DNA of 64,000 nt from Nanobdellota archaeon (GTDB lineage: Archaea > Nanobdellota > Nanobdellia > Pacearchaeales > JAHJTO01): NCBI GenBank assembly GCA_042572295.1, contig JBHPFA010000001.1, positions 79,788 through 143,787 on the forward strand, written 5' to 3'. Under the pieces are notes generated by a model. That model saw only the letters and a program-made list of their open reading frames with translations, made no database searches and was not told the origin of the DNA. The position numbers were made by a program, and so were the translations under genes. Below, piece after piece: positions 53,501 to 62,688 of this stretch (position 1 is the stretch's first letter; every line of letters begins with the position of its first letter).

Positions 53501-54787
53501 ATGGCAGCAGACAAAACAAATTTAAATATTATTTTCGTCGGTCACGTAGACCACGGAAAGAGCACAACTGTTGGAAGATTAATGTTTGATAGTGGAGCTC
53601 TTCCTGAAAACGAATTGCAAAAGTATAGAGACCTTGCTGAAAAATATGGTAAGAAAGGATTCGAATTTGCTTTCGTTATGGACAAATACAAAGAAGAGAG
53701 AGAAAGGGGAGTTACAATTGACTTAGCTTACAAGAAATTAGTAACTAAGACTCACAACGTTACAATCATCGATGCACCAGGTCACAAGGACTTCGTAAAG
53801 AACATGATCACAGGTGCAAGCCAGGCAGATGCTGGTTTCTTAACTGTAGCAGCTCCAGAAGGAGTTAAGCCACAGACACAAGAACATGCTTTCTTAATGA
53901 GAACAATGGGAGTTGCTCAAATTGCTGTTTGGGTGAACAAAATGGATGTTGCAAACTATGATGAAAAGGTTTACAACAAAGTTAAGGAAGACTTAACAAA
54001 ATTACTTGCAGGTGCAGGTTACAAAGTTGCTGATATTAACTTTATCCCTGGAAGTGGATTCATGGGAGAAAATGTAGTTAAGAAATCTGAAAAGATGCCT
54101 TGGTATAAAGGACCTTGCTTACTAGAACAATTAGACATATTCAAAACTCCTGAAAAACCAGTAGGATTGCCAATGAGAATGCCAGTTCAAGATGTTTATG
54201 AAATTACAGGAATTGGAACAGTTCCAGTTGGAAAAGTTGAAACAGGAGTTCTAAAACAAGGACACAAAGTTATTGTATTACCAGGAAGATCTGGAAAAGG
54301 AATCCTTGGAGAAGTTAAGACTATTGAAGCACACCACGAAACATTGCCAGAAGCAAAGGCTGGAGAAAATGTTGGAATTAATATTAAAGGAATCGGTAAA
54401 AAAGACATCGCTAGAGGAGATGTAATTGCAGATGCTGCTCAACCGCCTACAATGGCTACTGAGTTCACAGCAAGAATTGCAGTTATCAATCACCCAACAG
54501 TTATTGCTAAAGGATATACACCAGTATTCCACGTACACACTGCACAAGTACCTTGTCAGTTTGTAGAATTAGTTTCTAAGCTTGATCCTAAGACAGGACA
54601 AGAATCAGCTAAGAATCCAGACTTCTTAAAGAATGGAGATGTAGCTGTTGTAAAGATTAAGCCAATGGGGAACTTAGTTATTGAGAAGTCTTCAGTAAAC
54701 CCACACATGGCTAGATTCGCTATCAGAGATGCTGGATCAACAGTTGCTGCAGGTGTTTGTATTGAAATCATTGCTAAACAACTTTAA
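53501..54787 (+). CDS. tuf: Translation elongation factor 1-alpha (aEF-1a)
   Basis: Start reset to MAADKTNLNIIFVGHVDHGKST. DAPGHKDF and NKMD are present. The upstream 54 codons of the track ORF overlap the divergent gene and look non-coding. Confidence 0.95.
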   Translation: MAADKTNLNIIFVGHVDHGKSTTVGRLMFDSGALPENELQKYRDLAEKYGKKGFEFAFVMDKYKEERERGVTIDLAYKKLVTKTHNVTIIDAPGHKDFVKNMITGASQADAGFLTVAAPEGVKPQTQEHAFLMRTMGVAQIAVWVNKMDVANYDEKVYNKVKEDLTKLLAGAGYKVADINFIPGSGFMGENVVKKSEKMPWYKGPCLLEQLDIFKTPEKPVGLPMRMPVQDVYEITGIGTVPVGKVETGVLKQGHKVIVLPGRSGKGILGEVKTIEAHHETLPEAKAGENVGINIKGIGKKDIARGDVIADAAQPPTMATEFTARIAVINHPTVIAKGYTPVFHVHTAQVPCQFVELVSKLDPKTGQESAKNPDFLKNGDVAVVKIKPMGNLVIEKSSVNPHMARFAIRDAGSTVAAGVCIEIIAKQL

Positions 54788-54905
54788 ATTTTCTTTAAGT
54801 TAACTTATAGAGTGACTTCAGTCTCCTAAACTTTTAAGAAAAGTTTAATCAAAAGAGTATCTGATTCTTGATTAAGTTTAAAAGGGAAGAATATTGTTCC
54901 CTTAT

Positions 54906-55313
54906 ATGAATTTAAACGAGAGGTTAAAAGAAGCTTGGAGAGATATACCTGTTAAAGATGTATTATTTCTTTTTCCAGGAGGAAAAAGGCATATCAATGA
55001 AGAAAGAATTGATTATGATTGTGTTAAGAGTATTCTAGAAAGTTTAGATACGAATAAGAGAATGAAGATTTGTCTAAATGTAAATGAGTATGTTCAAGAA
55101 ACTGTTCATGATGTATACACTACTTTGAGTCTCATTGATCTTTGGTTTTCTAATAAGGCTTTTCCAAAAAATTCAGAGATAGAGTATAAAGGGTGGCATA
55201 AAGAGTATCTTGGAAAGAAAGAAGAATTACATTATATTGAATTAGAAGTTACCGACGGTAAAAAACAACATCGCAAAATATGTATCGACTACAAATCTAA
55301 TGGGAAACGTTAG
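54906..55313 (+). CDS. Orphan protein inserted between EF-1a and S10
   Basis: ATG at 54906 (track uses TTG 54894). No motif recognised. Confidence 0.5.
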   Translation: MNLNERLKEAWRDIPVKDVLFLFPGGKRHINEERIDYDCVKSILESLDTNKRMKICLNVNEYVQETVHDVYTTLSLIDLWFSNKAFPKNSEIEYKGWHKEYLGKKEELHYIELEVTDGKKQHRKICIDYKSNGKR

Positions 55314-55343
55314 GTTTTTATACCCTCCTTTTCAATAATTTTT

Positions 55344-55652
55344 ATGCCTTCAGCAAGAATAAAATTAGCGAGTGTAGATATTGCCAAACTTAACGAAGTT
55401 TGTGTTTCTATTAAAGATATTGCTGGCAAATCAGGAGTAGTTATTCGTGGACCTATTCCACTTCCAACAAAGAGATTAAGAGTGACTACAAGAAAAAGTC
55501 CTTGTGGTTCTGGAACAGCTACATTTGATCATTTTGAAATGAGAATACACAAAAGAGTTATTGATCTTCCAATGGATGAAAGAGTTCTTCATAATATTAT
55601 GAGAGTTCCTATTCCAAGAGAAATCAACATCGAAATTGAGATGCTTGATTAA
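55344..55652 (+). CDS. rps10: 30S ribosomal protein S10 (uS10)
   Basis: ARIKLASVDIAKLNEVCVSIKDIAGKSGVVIRGPIPLPTKRLRVTTRKSPCGSGTATFDHFEMRIHKRVIDL. Confidence 0.95.
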   Translation: MPSARIKLASVDIAKLNEVCVSIKDIAGKSGVVIRGPIPLPTKRLRVTTRKSPCGSGTATFDHFEMRIHKRVIDLPMDERVLHNIMRVPIPREINIEIEMLD

Positions 55653-55670
55653 GTTTAATTCTATATTAAA

Positions 55671-55937
55671 ATGCAAGAAATCAAAAAAGCTGCTGAGAGA
55701 GAAATGGAAAGAATGAAAGAGGTCTTTGCTTCTTTAAAGATAAAGAAAAAAGGCAAGGCCAAAGATTTTTATGATTTTGCAAAGAACTACCACAAAGATG
55801 GATTGTATTTCTATAATAAGAAAATGTATGTTGAGGCATTTGAAGCACAAGTTATTGCTTGGGCATATATTGATACTGGATTAAAATTAGGTTATTTCTC
55901 TGCTCCTAAAGAGCAAAAAGAGTGGTTCACAGCTTAA
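55671..55937 (+). CDS. Small helical protein (DUF357-like)
   Basis: FAKNYHKDGLYFYNKKMYVEAFEAQVIAWAYIDTGLKLGYF resembles the archaeal DUF357 pattern. Assignment is from memory only. Confidence 0.4.
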   Translation: MQEIKKAAEREMERMKEVFASLKIKKKGKAKDFYDFAKNYHKDGLYFYNKKMYVEAFEAQVIAWAYIDTGLKLGYFSAPKEQKEWFTA

Positions 55938-55998
55938 TTCTTTTTACTATGTATTAATAGTTGGCAATGCTTTTAAGTGGTTTATTCCTTGTTTTATT

Positions 55999-56343
55999 AT
56001 GCCTAATAATTTTGATCTTGAAAAACGAGTAAAAAGATTCTTTGCTAGAACAATCAGTGAAGATGGAAAAATAAACTGGAAAGCTGTTGAAAGATTAACT
56101 AAAAGAGAGAAGCCGATACGTTATCGTGAGAAAGCTTATGATCTATTTATTAAGTATTTAGTAAAGAAAAAAATTCTTTCTTATGAAAAAGAAGAGAATT
56201 ATGGTTTGTTTATATTGCATGATGTTGATTTTCATCCAATAAGAAGTGAAAAGGGGTCTTTATACTTCATAAAGGAAGAAGATGCAGACCATTACAAGCA
56301 ATTGATAGACAAAAATGCAATAAGAGTCGCTAAAGTGAAGTGA
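55999..56343 (+). CDS. Hypothetical protein
   Basis: 114-aa ORF, basic, no motif recognised. Confidence 0.5.
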   Translation: MPNNFDLEKRVKRFFARTISEDGKINWKAVERLTKREKPIRYREKAYDLFIKYLVKKKILSYEKEENYGLFILHDVDFHPIRSEKGSLYFIKEEDADHYKQLIDKNAIRVAKVK

Positions 56344-56429
56344 TCTACAGTGGAAAAGATTGTTTTTCTTAACATGAATACTTTTAAAGTAAACTCTTCT
56401 AGAAAGATAGGAAATTAAAAAGAGATAAA

Positions 56430-57122
56430 ATGTTAACTGATTATTTTGGGCCGATGTTTGCAGAAAAGACCCATACTTTGAGAGCTGCAGGAGTAAAGGA
56501 ATTAGTTGCTAAAAGACACGTCCTGGCATATAAACATGTTAAAGATAAAGCAAGGTATGGCGAAAATCTAATGACTCATGATGGGTTTTCTTTTCCTGGA
56601 AAAACTGTTGAAAATGCTGTTCAAATTTATGAACATATGAGGAAAGAAGTTAAAAGAAATAAGATAAGGAACTTATCTCGGCTTGTAATACTAATTGATG
56701 AGGTACAATTCTTTACTCCAGATATAATCGATTTCTGTGCAGAGTTTAAACCATATATGGGAATCTACACTGCACATCTAGATAGGGACTTCTTGGCTAG
56801 ACCATTTAAATTTGAAAAATCTGAAAAAACTGTTGGACATTTGATGGCTTTGGCAGATAGAAGAATTGCTCTGACTGCTGTTTGCAATTATACTAAGAGG
56901 GAGAGTTTAGATCCTTGTTCTGAACCTGCATCATTTACACAGAGAGTAGACAAACATGGCATGCCTATTCTTACTGGAAAGACTGTAGAAGTTGGTGGTG
57001 ATGAAAAATATGCCCCTAGATGTATAAAGTGTTATGTACCTCACCAAGGAGATCATGCAATATTCTCCCCTGAAGATTTGCTCTTTGCTTCTGAAGAAAA
57101 GCGCGAAAACAAGCGTAGATAA
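56430..57122 (+). CDS. tdk: Thymidine kinase (TK1 type) with atypical P-loop
   Basis: GPMFAEKT (canonical GPMFSGKS/T), LIDEVQFF, LDRDFLARPF, and zinc-site cysteines in LTAVCNY...C and RCIKCY. Confidence 0.75.
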   Translation: MLTDYFGPMFAEKTHTLRAAGVKELVAKRHVLAYKHVKDKARYGENLMTHDGFSFPGKTVENAVQIYEHMRKEVKRNKIRNLSRLVILIDEVQFFTPDIIDFCAEFKPYMGIYTAHLDRDFLARPFKFEKSEKTVGHLMALADRRIALTAVCNYTKRESLDPCSEPASFTQRVDKHGMPILTGKTVEVGGDEKYAPRCIKCYVPHQGDHAIFSPEDLLFASEEKRENKRR

Positions 57123-57155
57123 TCTTTAAAAACAACCTTCTGTTCTATTTTTCAT

Positions 57156-57237
57156 GCCCAGGTCGCATAATGGAATTGCGCAAGCTTGGAAAGCTTGTTT
57201 CCTTCGGGATACCCAGGTTCGATTCCTGGTCTGGGCG
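57156..57237 (+). tRNA. tRNA-Ser(GGA)
   Basis: Acceptor GCCCAGG/TCTGGGC. Anticodon arm CAAGC-TTGGAAA-GCTTG. Long variable arm TTTCCTTCGGGATA. T arm CCAGG-TTCGATT-CCTGG. Discriminator G. Confidence 0.85.
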
Positions 57238-57239
57238 TA

Positions 57240-58247
57240 TTAAACTAAAGAAGTACTGTCTTCTGTTTCTTCAACTTCTTCTGTTCTATCATCACAATAA
57301 TCGAACAGATTAGTTACTTCAACATCATGTCTAGGGACGCCTCTCAACTTATACTCTTCTTGAGTCTTTCCGTTAAATATCCCTTCCCCTACTCTTTCGA
57401 CTAAACGTTCTAAACCACGGTCTCTTGTTAAAATGTGTACTGGTTGAAAATAAGCTAAAGAATAAGCAGTTGCAACAATTTTATTATCAGTATTCATAAC
57501 TAAGCCATTTCCTGCTTTTTTACGTCTAGTTAGGTTTCCTACAGCTTTAAATCTCATATCCTTTCCATAGTTTAAAGCTAATGAGATAAGGGGGATGTAA
57601 TTTCTATAACCCATCTTGAATTTTCCATTTAATTCTTCTGAATCTATATCTGCAAGACCATTCATTTTTGCAAGAACAGATTCAAGAACTTTTTTCTCCT
57701 TAGGAATTAAACATCTTCTGAATCTTTCCATTTCATCCTTATATAAATCACTCAATTTCTTTGTTTGATCGTTAGTTTTCTTGAAGAAAGAAACTCTTAG
57801 ATCGTGCTTTTTTAGTCTCTTTAAGATACTATGGAAATCATTAGAATAATCTTCAAGGAGTTCTAATTTGTCTCCGTATTTCATTACAGCCCCTCTATTC
57901 AAGTCATTTCTCAAAAAGCTTAGAGAATTATGAACACTGTCTAATCCTACTTTTAGTTCTTCATAAACTTCTCTAAGAATTACTATATCCCTATTAGGAA
58001 AGTGATCAACAAAAGCATTTACTTGATCTATTTTTCCTTTCAAATAATTCTCAGTTAGATCTTTAACACCATGCCAACCACTTCCAATTTTCCAAAGAAG
58101 TTCCTCATTTTTAGGTGAGAAAGCACAGGTGTCTACGATTACAATTTGTTCTTTTGGAATCTTTTTTAGCTCTTCTAGAGCCTCTAATACGTCTTCCATG
58201 TATATAATAGGCCTATAGAGTTTTAAAACCTTTCTAAATGTAACCAC
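57240..58247 (-). CDS. PIN-domain-like nuclease with large internal insertion
   Basis: Acidic quartet in PIN order: IVIVDTCAF, VILREVYEEL, MNTDNKIVATA and ILTRDRG. An alternative start at 58199 (MEDVLEAL) has TTTTAAAA about 27 nt upstream. The stop is 2 nt from tRNA-Ser. Confidence 0.45.
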   Translation of the reverse strand: MVTFRKVLKLYRPIIYMEDVLEALEELKKIPKEQIVIVDTCAFSPKNEELLWKIGSGWHGVKDLTENYLKGKIDQVNAFVDHFPNRDIVILREVYEELKVGLDSVHNSLSFLRNDLNRGAVMKYGDKLELLEDYSNDFHSILKRLKKHDLRVSFFKKTNDQTKKLSDLYKDEMERFRRCLIPKEKKVLESVLAKMNGLADIDSEELNGKFKMGYRNYIPLISLALNYGKDMRFKAVGNLTRRKKAGNGLVMNTDNKIVATAYSLAYFQPVHILTRDRGLERLVERVGEGIFNGKTQEEYKLRGVPRHDVEVTNLFDYCDDRTEEVEETEDSTSLV

Positions 58248-58312
58248 TTTGAAGTTGTAAATGGAATTAGAGGATTCTAAAACTTTAAAAGGGGCGATTT
58301 ATAGTAAGAATC

Positions 58313-58567
58313 ATGTGTTCAGAAGATAAAGATGAAGGTTATAATTGGAATGCAGGACAAGCTCCTAGTGAGGGCAATTCAGTGATCTATAATATTGTAA
58401 ATCATAAGCCTCTTACAAGAGGATATGCAGATAATTTAGCTGATATGATTAATGCAAGAAGTGGTACTGAAGCAGATAGGGCTTATCACAGAGCAGAAGA
58501 AGCTCATAGAGTACTAGAAGCCCCTTATTGTGCTACAAAACCTAGAGACCACAACGTCAAGTACTAA
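58313..58567 (+). CDS. Hypothetical protein
   Basis: 84-aa ORF, no motif recognised. Confidence 0.4.
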   Translation: MCSEDKDEGYNWNAGQAPSEGNSVIYNIVNHKPLTRGYADNLADMINARSGTEADRAYHRAEEAHRVLEAPYCATKPRDHNVKY

Positions 58568-58605
58568 GCGTTTAGTTTATAAATTACTAATTCATTATTA
58601 TATTT

Positions 58606-59304
58606 ATGAAAAGAGGCGCAGTCATAGAACTGAAAAATGTGTGGAAAACTTACATGCCTGGAGAGGTTCCAGTACATGCATTAAGAGGTTTGACACTTAA
58701 GATTCCTAATGAAGACTTTGTAGTTGTTCTGGGTTCAAGTGGATCTGGAAAGAGTACTGCTATGAATATGATAGGGGCTTTAGATATTCCTTCAAAAGGG
58801 ACTATTTACTTGGAAGGAAAAGATATTTCAAAATTAGATGAAAGTGATCTTGCACAAATTCGTGGAAAGAAGATAGGTTTTATCTTTCAGCAGTTTAATT
58901 TAATCCCTTCATTAGATGCATTGCATAATGTAACTCTTCCAATGATTTTTCAAAGATATAGTTATGAAGAAAGAAAAGCACGTGCTGAAGAATTACTTAA
59001 ACTGGTTGGATTGGGTGAGAGAATGTATCACAAACCAAAAGAACTTTCTGGTGGAGAGCAACAAAGAGTTGCTATTGCAAGATCTTTAGCAAATAATCCT
59101 GATGTAATATTAGCAGATGAACCTACTGGAAATTTAGATACTAAAACTGGAGAGCAGATTATGGAGATCTTATGTAAGTTACATAAAGAAGAGAAGAAAA
59201 CTGTAATTATGGTAACTCACGATTTAGATTTAGTGAAGTATGCCCATAGGGTAATCTATTTAAAGGATGGACAAGTTCTTAAAGAGAGAATAAGAAAGAG
59301 GTAA
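58606..59304 (+). CDS. ABC transporter ATP-binding protein (MacB/LolD/FtsE-like)
   Basis: Walker A GSSGSGKST, Q-loop, signature LSGGEQQRVAIARS and Walker B ILADEPTGNLD. Confidence 0.9.
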   Translation: MKRGAVIELKNVWKTYMPGEVPVHALRGLTLKIPNEDFVVVLGSSGSGKSTAMNMIGALDIPSKGTIYLEGKDISKLDESDLAQIRGKKIGFIFQQFNLIPSLDALHNVTLPMIFQRYSYEERKARAEELLKLVGLGERMYHKPKELSGGEQQRVAIARSLANNPDVILADEPTGNLDTKTGEQIMEILCKLHKEEKKTVIMVTHDLDLVKYAHRVIYLKDGQVLKERIRKR

Positions 59305-59305
59305 A

Positions 59306-60190
59306 ATGAAAAAATTAATATTTTTGGTGTTAGCTATGTTATTAAGTACATCTTTAGTCATGGCTTTAGAATTTAGTGGACCAGATATTCAGGTTACTTT
59401 GTTAAATCAAGATCCAGATCCTGTAAGACAAGGAGACATTGTAGAAGTTAGATTAAAAGTTGAAAATAGTGGGGCTGAAACTGCAGATAATGTTCAGATT
59501 CAAATTTCTCCCCAATATCCTTTCTCTATATATAGTGGGAGTTCAATCAAAGATATAGGAACATTAAGAGCTTTACAAAGTGGAGCTGATTCAGTTATTG
59601 TTGATTTCAAATTAAAAGTTGATGAAGATGCAGCTGAAGGAGATAATGAATTAGAAGTAAAATTAAGAGTTGGTCAAGATCAATGGTTGGTATATGATGA
59701 AGATGATTTTGTGATTGATATTGAAGATTATGAATTCCCTGAGATAAAAGTTTATGTTAAAGATTCAACAGTAAATTCTGCTGGACAAAAAGGAGAAGTT
59801 GTTTTAGAGATTGCTAACACTGATATTGAAGATGTTAAGTTCTTACAACTTACATTATTACCAAGTGCAGATTATGACTTATTATCTGCAAGCAATTATG
59901 TTTATCTAGGAGATGTTGATTCTGATGACACTGAAAGTGAAGAGTTTGAAATTTATATAAATCCTGGAGTTAGTGAAAACTTAATGATTCCAGTTCAATT
60001 AGAATATGAAGATTCAAATGAAAAAGAATACACAAAGGAATTTATGCCTAAATTAAGAATATTCAATGGAAAAGATTCTAAAAAGTTTGGATTAGATGCA
60101 GGCAAGTCAAGTTCTGTTGTTGTTATTGTATTAGCTGTTCTTGCAGTTGCAATTTATTTCTACTGGAGAAGAAAAAGGAAAAAAAAATAA
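59306..60190 (+). CDS. Secreted beta-rich (CARDB/S-layer-domain-like) protein with C-terminal anchor, ABC-operon associated
   Basis: Signal peptide MKKLIFLVLAMLLSTSLVMA. Repeated beta-sandwich-like units (DPDPVRQGDIVEVRLKVENSG...). TM plus RRKRKKK tail. Confidence 0.6.
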   Translation: MKKLIFLVLAMLLSTSLVMALEFSGPDIQVTLLNQDPDPVRQGDIVEVRLKVENSGAETADNVQIQISPQYPFSIYSGSSIKDIGTLRALQSGADSVIVDFKLKVDEDAAEGDNELEVKLRVGQDQWLVYDEDDFVIDIEDYEFPEIKVYVKDSTVNSAGQKGEVVLEIANTDIEDVKFLQLTLLPSADYDLLSASNYVYLGDVDSDDTESEEFEIYINPGVSENLMIPVQLEYEDSNEKEYTKEFMPKLRIFNGKDSKKFGLDAGKSSSVVVIVLAVLAVAIYFYWRRKRKKK

Positions 60191-60200
60191 GGGGTAAAAA

Positions 60201-61418
60201 ATGATAGGTGATTACCTCAGACTTTCTATAAACACATTAAAAGTCAGGAAACTAAGGACTTCTTTGACTATGTTGGGTATTTTTATTGGTATAGCTGCTG
60301 TTGTAGCTCTAATTTCTTTAGGCCAAGGAATGCAAGAAGCAATCAATGATCAATTTGAAAAAGTTGGAATCAATAGAGTTATGATAATGCCTGGAGGAAG
60401 TCAATTCGGTCCTCCTGGAGGCTCTTTATCTGTTGCAAAGTTAACTGAAGATGACTTTGAATTAATAAGAGATGTTAGAGGTATAGAGAAGGCCCAGGGA
60501 ATCTATGGAGAAACTATAGAGGTAAGTTTCCATGACGAAGTTCTATTTACTTCAGTATGGGGTGGTTATACTGACAGTGATGCTTTAGAATTCATGGGAG
60601 AAATTGATTTCTTTGATATAGAATATGGAAGAGAATTAAGAGATGGAGATGATAGGCATGTTGTTTTAGGATATAATGTCGCAAATAAAGAATTTGATGA
60701 AAAGATTGAGATTGGGGACAGAATAGAAATAGATGGAGACAAATTTACAGTAGTAGGTATTCAGAAAAAAGCAGGAACTGGAATACATGATCAGTTTGTT
60801 AGAATAACTATGGATACTGCTAGAGAAATATTTAATGAGACTGATGAGATAAGCCAAATATTTACTTCTTCTGGAAATGAAGAACCAGGAATTGTTGCTG
60901 AAAGAGTTGAGAAAGCATTGAGAAAAGCCCATGATGTTGATGAAGGGGAAGAAGACTTTACTGTACAGACTTCTGAACAAAGTATCAGACAACTTACAGA
61001 TATTTTGAATATAATCCAAGTATTTTTAGTAGGGATTGCTGCAATTTCATTATTTGTTGGTGGAGTAGGAATCATGAATACAATGTATACTGCAGTTATG
61101 GAAAAGACTAGTGAGATTGGAGTGATGAAAGCTGTAGGTGCTAAGAATTCGCATATATTCTCATTATTTTTAATGGAATCTGGTATGTTAGGACTGGCTG
61201 GAGGAATTGTAGGAGTTGTTATTGGTTTAACAATGAGTAAATCTGTAGAGATTATTGCAAAGCAAATGGATCTTGTTGAGATATTCAAAGCTTCAACAAG
61301 TCTTTATTTGATTTTTGGTGCGTTATTATTTTCATTTTTAGTTGGAGGACTTTCAGGAGTGTTTCCTGCAATGCAAGCTTCAAAGTTACATCCAGTGGAG
61401 GCTATTAGAAAAAGATGA
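60201..61418 (+). CDS. ABC transporter permease, FtsX/MacB family
   Basis: N-terminal TM (LRTSLTMLGIFIGIAAVVALISLG), a large extracytoplasmic domain, and the C-terminal FtsX block GGVGIMNTMYTAVMEKTSEIGVMKAVGA. Confidence 0.85.
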   Translation: MIGDYLRLSINTLKVRKLRTSLTMLGIFIGIAAVVALISLGQGMQEAINDQFEKVGINRVMIMPGGSQFGPPGGSLSVAKLTEDDFELIRDVRGIEKAQGIYGETIEVSFHDEVLFTSVWGGYTDSDALEFMGEIDFFDIEYGRELRDGDDRHVVLGYNVANKEFDEKIEIGDRIEIDGDKFTVVGIQKKAGTGIHDQFVRITMDTAREIFNETDEISQIFTSSGNEEPGIVAERVEKALRKAHDVDEGEEDFTVQTSEQSIRQLTDILNIIQVFLVGIAAISLFVGGVGIMNTMYTAVMEKTSEIGVMKAVGAKNSHIFSLFLMESGMLGLAGGIVGVVIGLTMSKSVEIIAKQMDLVEIFKASTSLYLIFGALLFSFLVGGLSGVFPAMQASKLHPVEAIRKR

Positions 61419-62635
61419 TTGCAGATTATTTTAAATATGTTACACAAGGAATAAAACAAAGAAAATTAAGAGCTTGGCTTACAATGCTTGGAGTTATTGT
61501 GGGTATTGCAGCTGTTGTTTCTCTTGTTAGTTTAGGTCAAGGGTTACAAAATGCTGTTGGAGAACAATTTGAATTGTTAGGGACTGATAAGATATTCGTA
61601 GCTCCTGGAGAATCATTGATGGGAGCATTTGGTGCGCCTGCCGGAATAGAATTGACTGATGATGATTTAGATGTTATAAAAGGTGTTAATGGGGTAGAAT
61701 TTGCTGGAGGATTTATATCTAAGATTGGAGAGATTAAATTCCGTGATGAAATAAAATATACTTTTGCTAATGGAATGCCTGCAGATGAATCTATAATGGA
61801 AATATTCAGTAGTTTTCAAGGTTTTGAGATAATTAGAGGTCGTAATTTAAAACCTTCCGATAAATACAAGGCCTTGGTAGGAATAATGCATTATGAAGGA
61901 GATGTTTTCGATAAAGAAGTAGATTTGAGAGATACTTTAATAATTGAGGGCCAGGAGTTTAAAGTTGTTGGAGTTATTGGAAGAATTGGAAATCCTTCAG
62001 ATGATAGTCAGGTTTACATTCCTTTAGAAACTTCAAGAGAAGTTTTTGATGAGCCAACAGCTTATACTGTTTTATTGGTTCAAACTAAAAAAGGTATAGA
62101 TGTTTCTAAAGTTGCTGAGGACATAGAAAAAGCCTTAAGAAAATCTAGAGACGTTGAAGAAGGCGAAGAAGACTTTGCTATTCAAACTTCTGAACAATTA
62201 GTTGAGGTTTATGGAAGTGTTCTTGGAATTGTTACTGCTGTTTTGATAGGAATTGCTGCAATTTCTTTGTTGGTTGGAGGAATTGGAATCATGAACACTA
62301 TGTATACTGCTGTTCTACAAAGAACTTCGGAGATAGGAGTCATGAAGGCTATTGGGGCCAGGAATTCAGATATATTAACTCTATTCTTAATTGAATCTGG
62401 TTTGTATGGAATGCTTGGTGGTGGAATTGGAATATTGATTGGAATGGCAATTGCTTATGTTGTTGTTTTAGTAGGCCAACAATATGTTGGAGAAGCCTTG
62501 CTTAAAGCTGATTTCTCATTACTCATAATTGGTGGATCATTGGCATTTTCATTCTTTGTTGGAGTGTTGTCAGGAGTTGCTCCAGCTTATCGTGCTTCTA
62601 AGCTTAAACCTGTAGATGCTTTAAGGTATGAGTAA
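61415..62635 (+). CDS. ABC transporter permease, FtsX/MacB family (paralog)
   Basis: Same architecture as the preceding permease, with GGIGIMNTMYTAVLQRTSEIGVMKAIGA. ATGA overlap with the preceding gene. Confidence 0.85.
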   Translation: MIADYFKYVTQGIKQRKLRAWLTMLGVIVGIAAVVSLVSLGQGLQNAVGEQFELLGTDKIFVAPGESLMGAFGAPAGIELTDDDLDVIKGVNGVEFAGGFISKIGEIKFRDEIKYTFANGMPADESIMEIFSSFQGFEIIRGRNLKPSDKYKALVGIMHYEGDVFDKEVDLRDTLIIEGQEFKVVGVIGRIGNPSDDSQVYIPLETSREVFDEPTAYTVLLVQTKKGIDVSKVAEDIEKALRKSRDVEEGEEDFAIQTSEQLVEVYGSVLGIVTAVLIGIAAISLLVGGIGIMNTMYTAVLQRTSEIGVMKAIGARNSDILTLFLIESGLYGMLGGGIGILIGMAIAYVVVLVGQQYVGEALLKADFSLLIIGGSLAFSFFVGVLSGVAPAYRASKLKPVDALRYE

Positions 62636-62688
62636 ATGTGTTCTTTAGTGAGATAATCTTTATAACGGTTGAACTAGACCTAATTCTT

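Noticed and set aside
60666-61288. Two minus-strand ORFs (117 and 165 aa)
   Set aside because: They are antisense to the FtsX-family permease.
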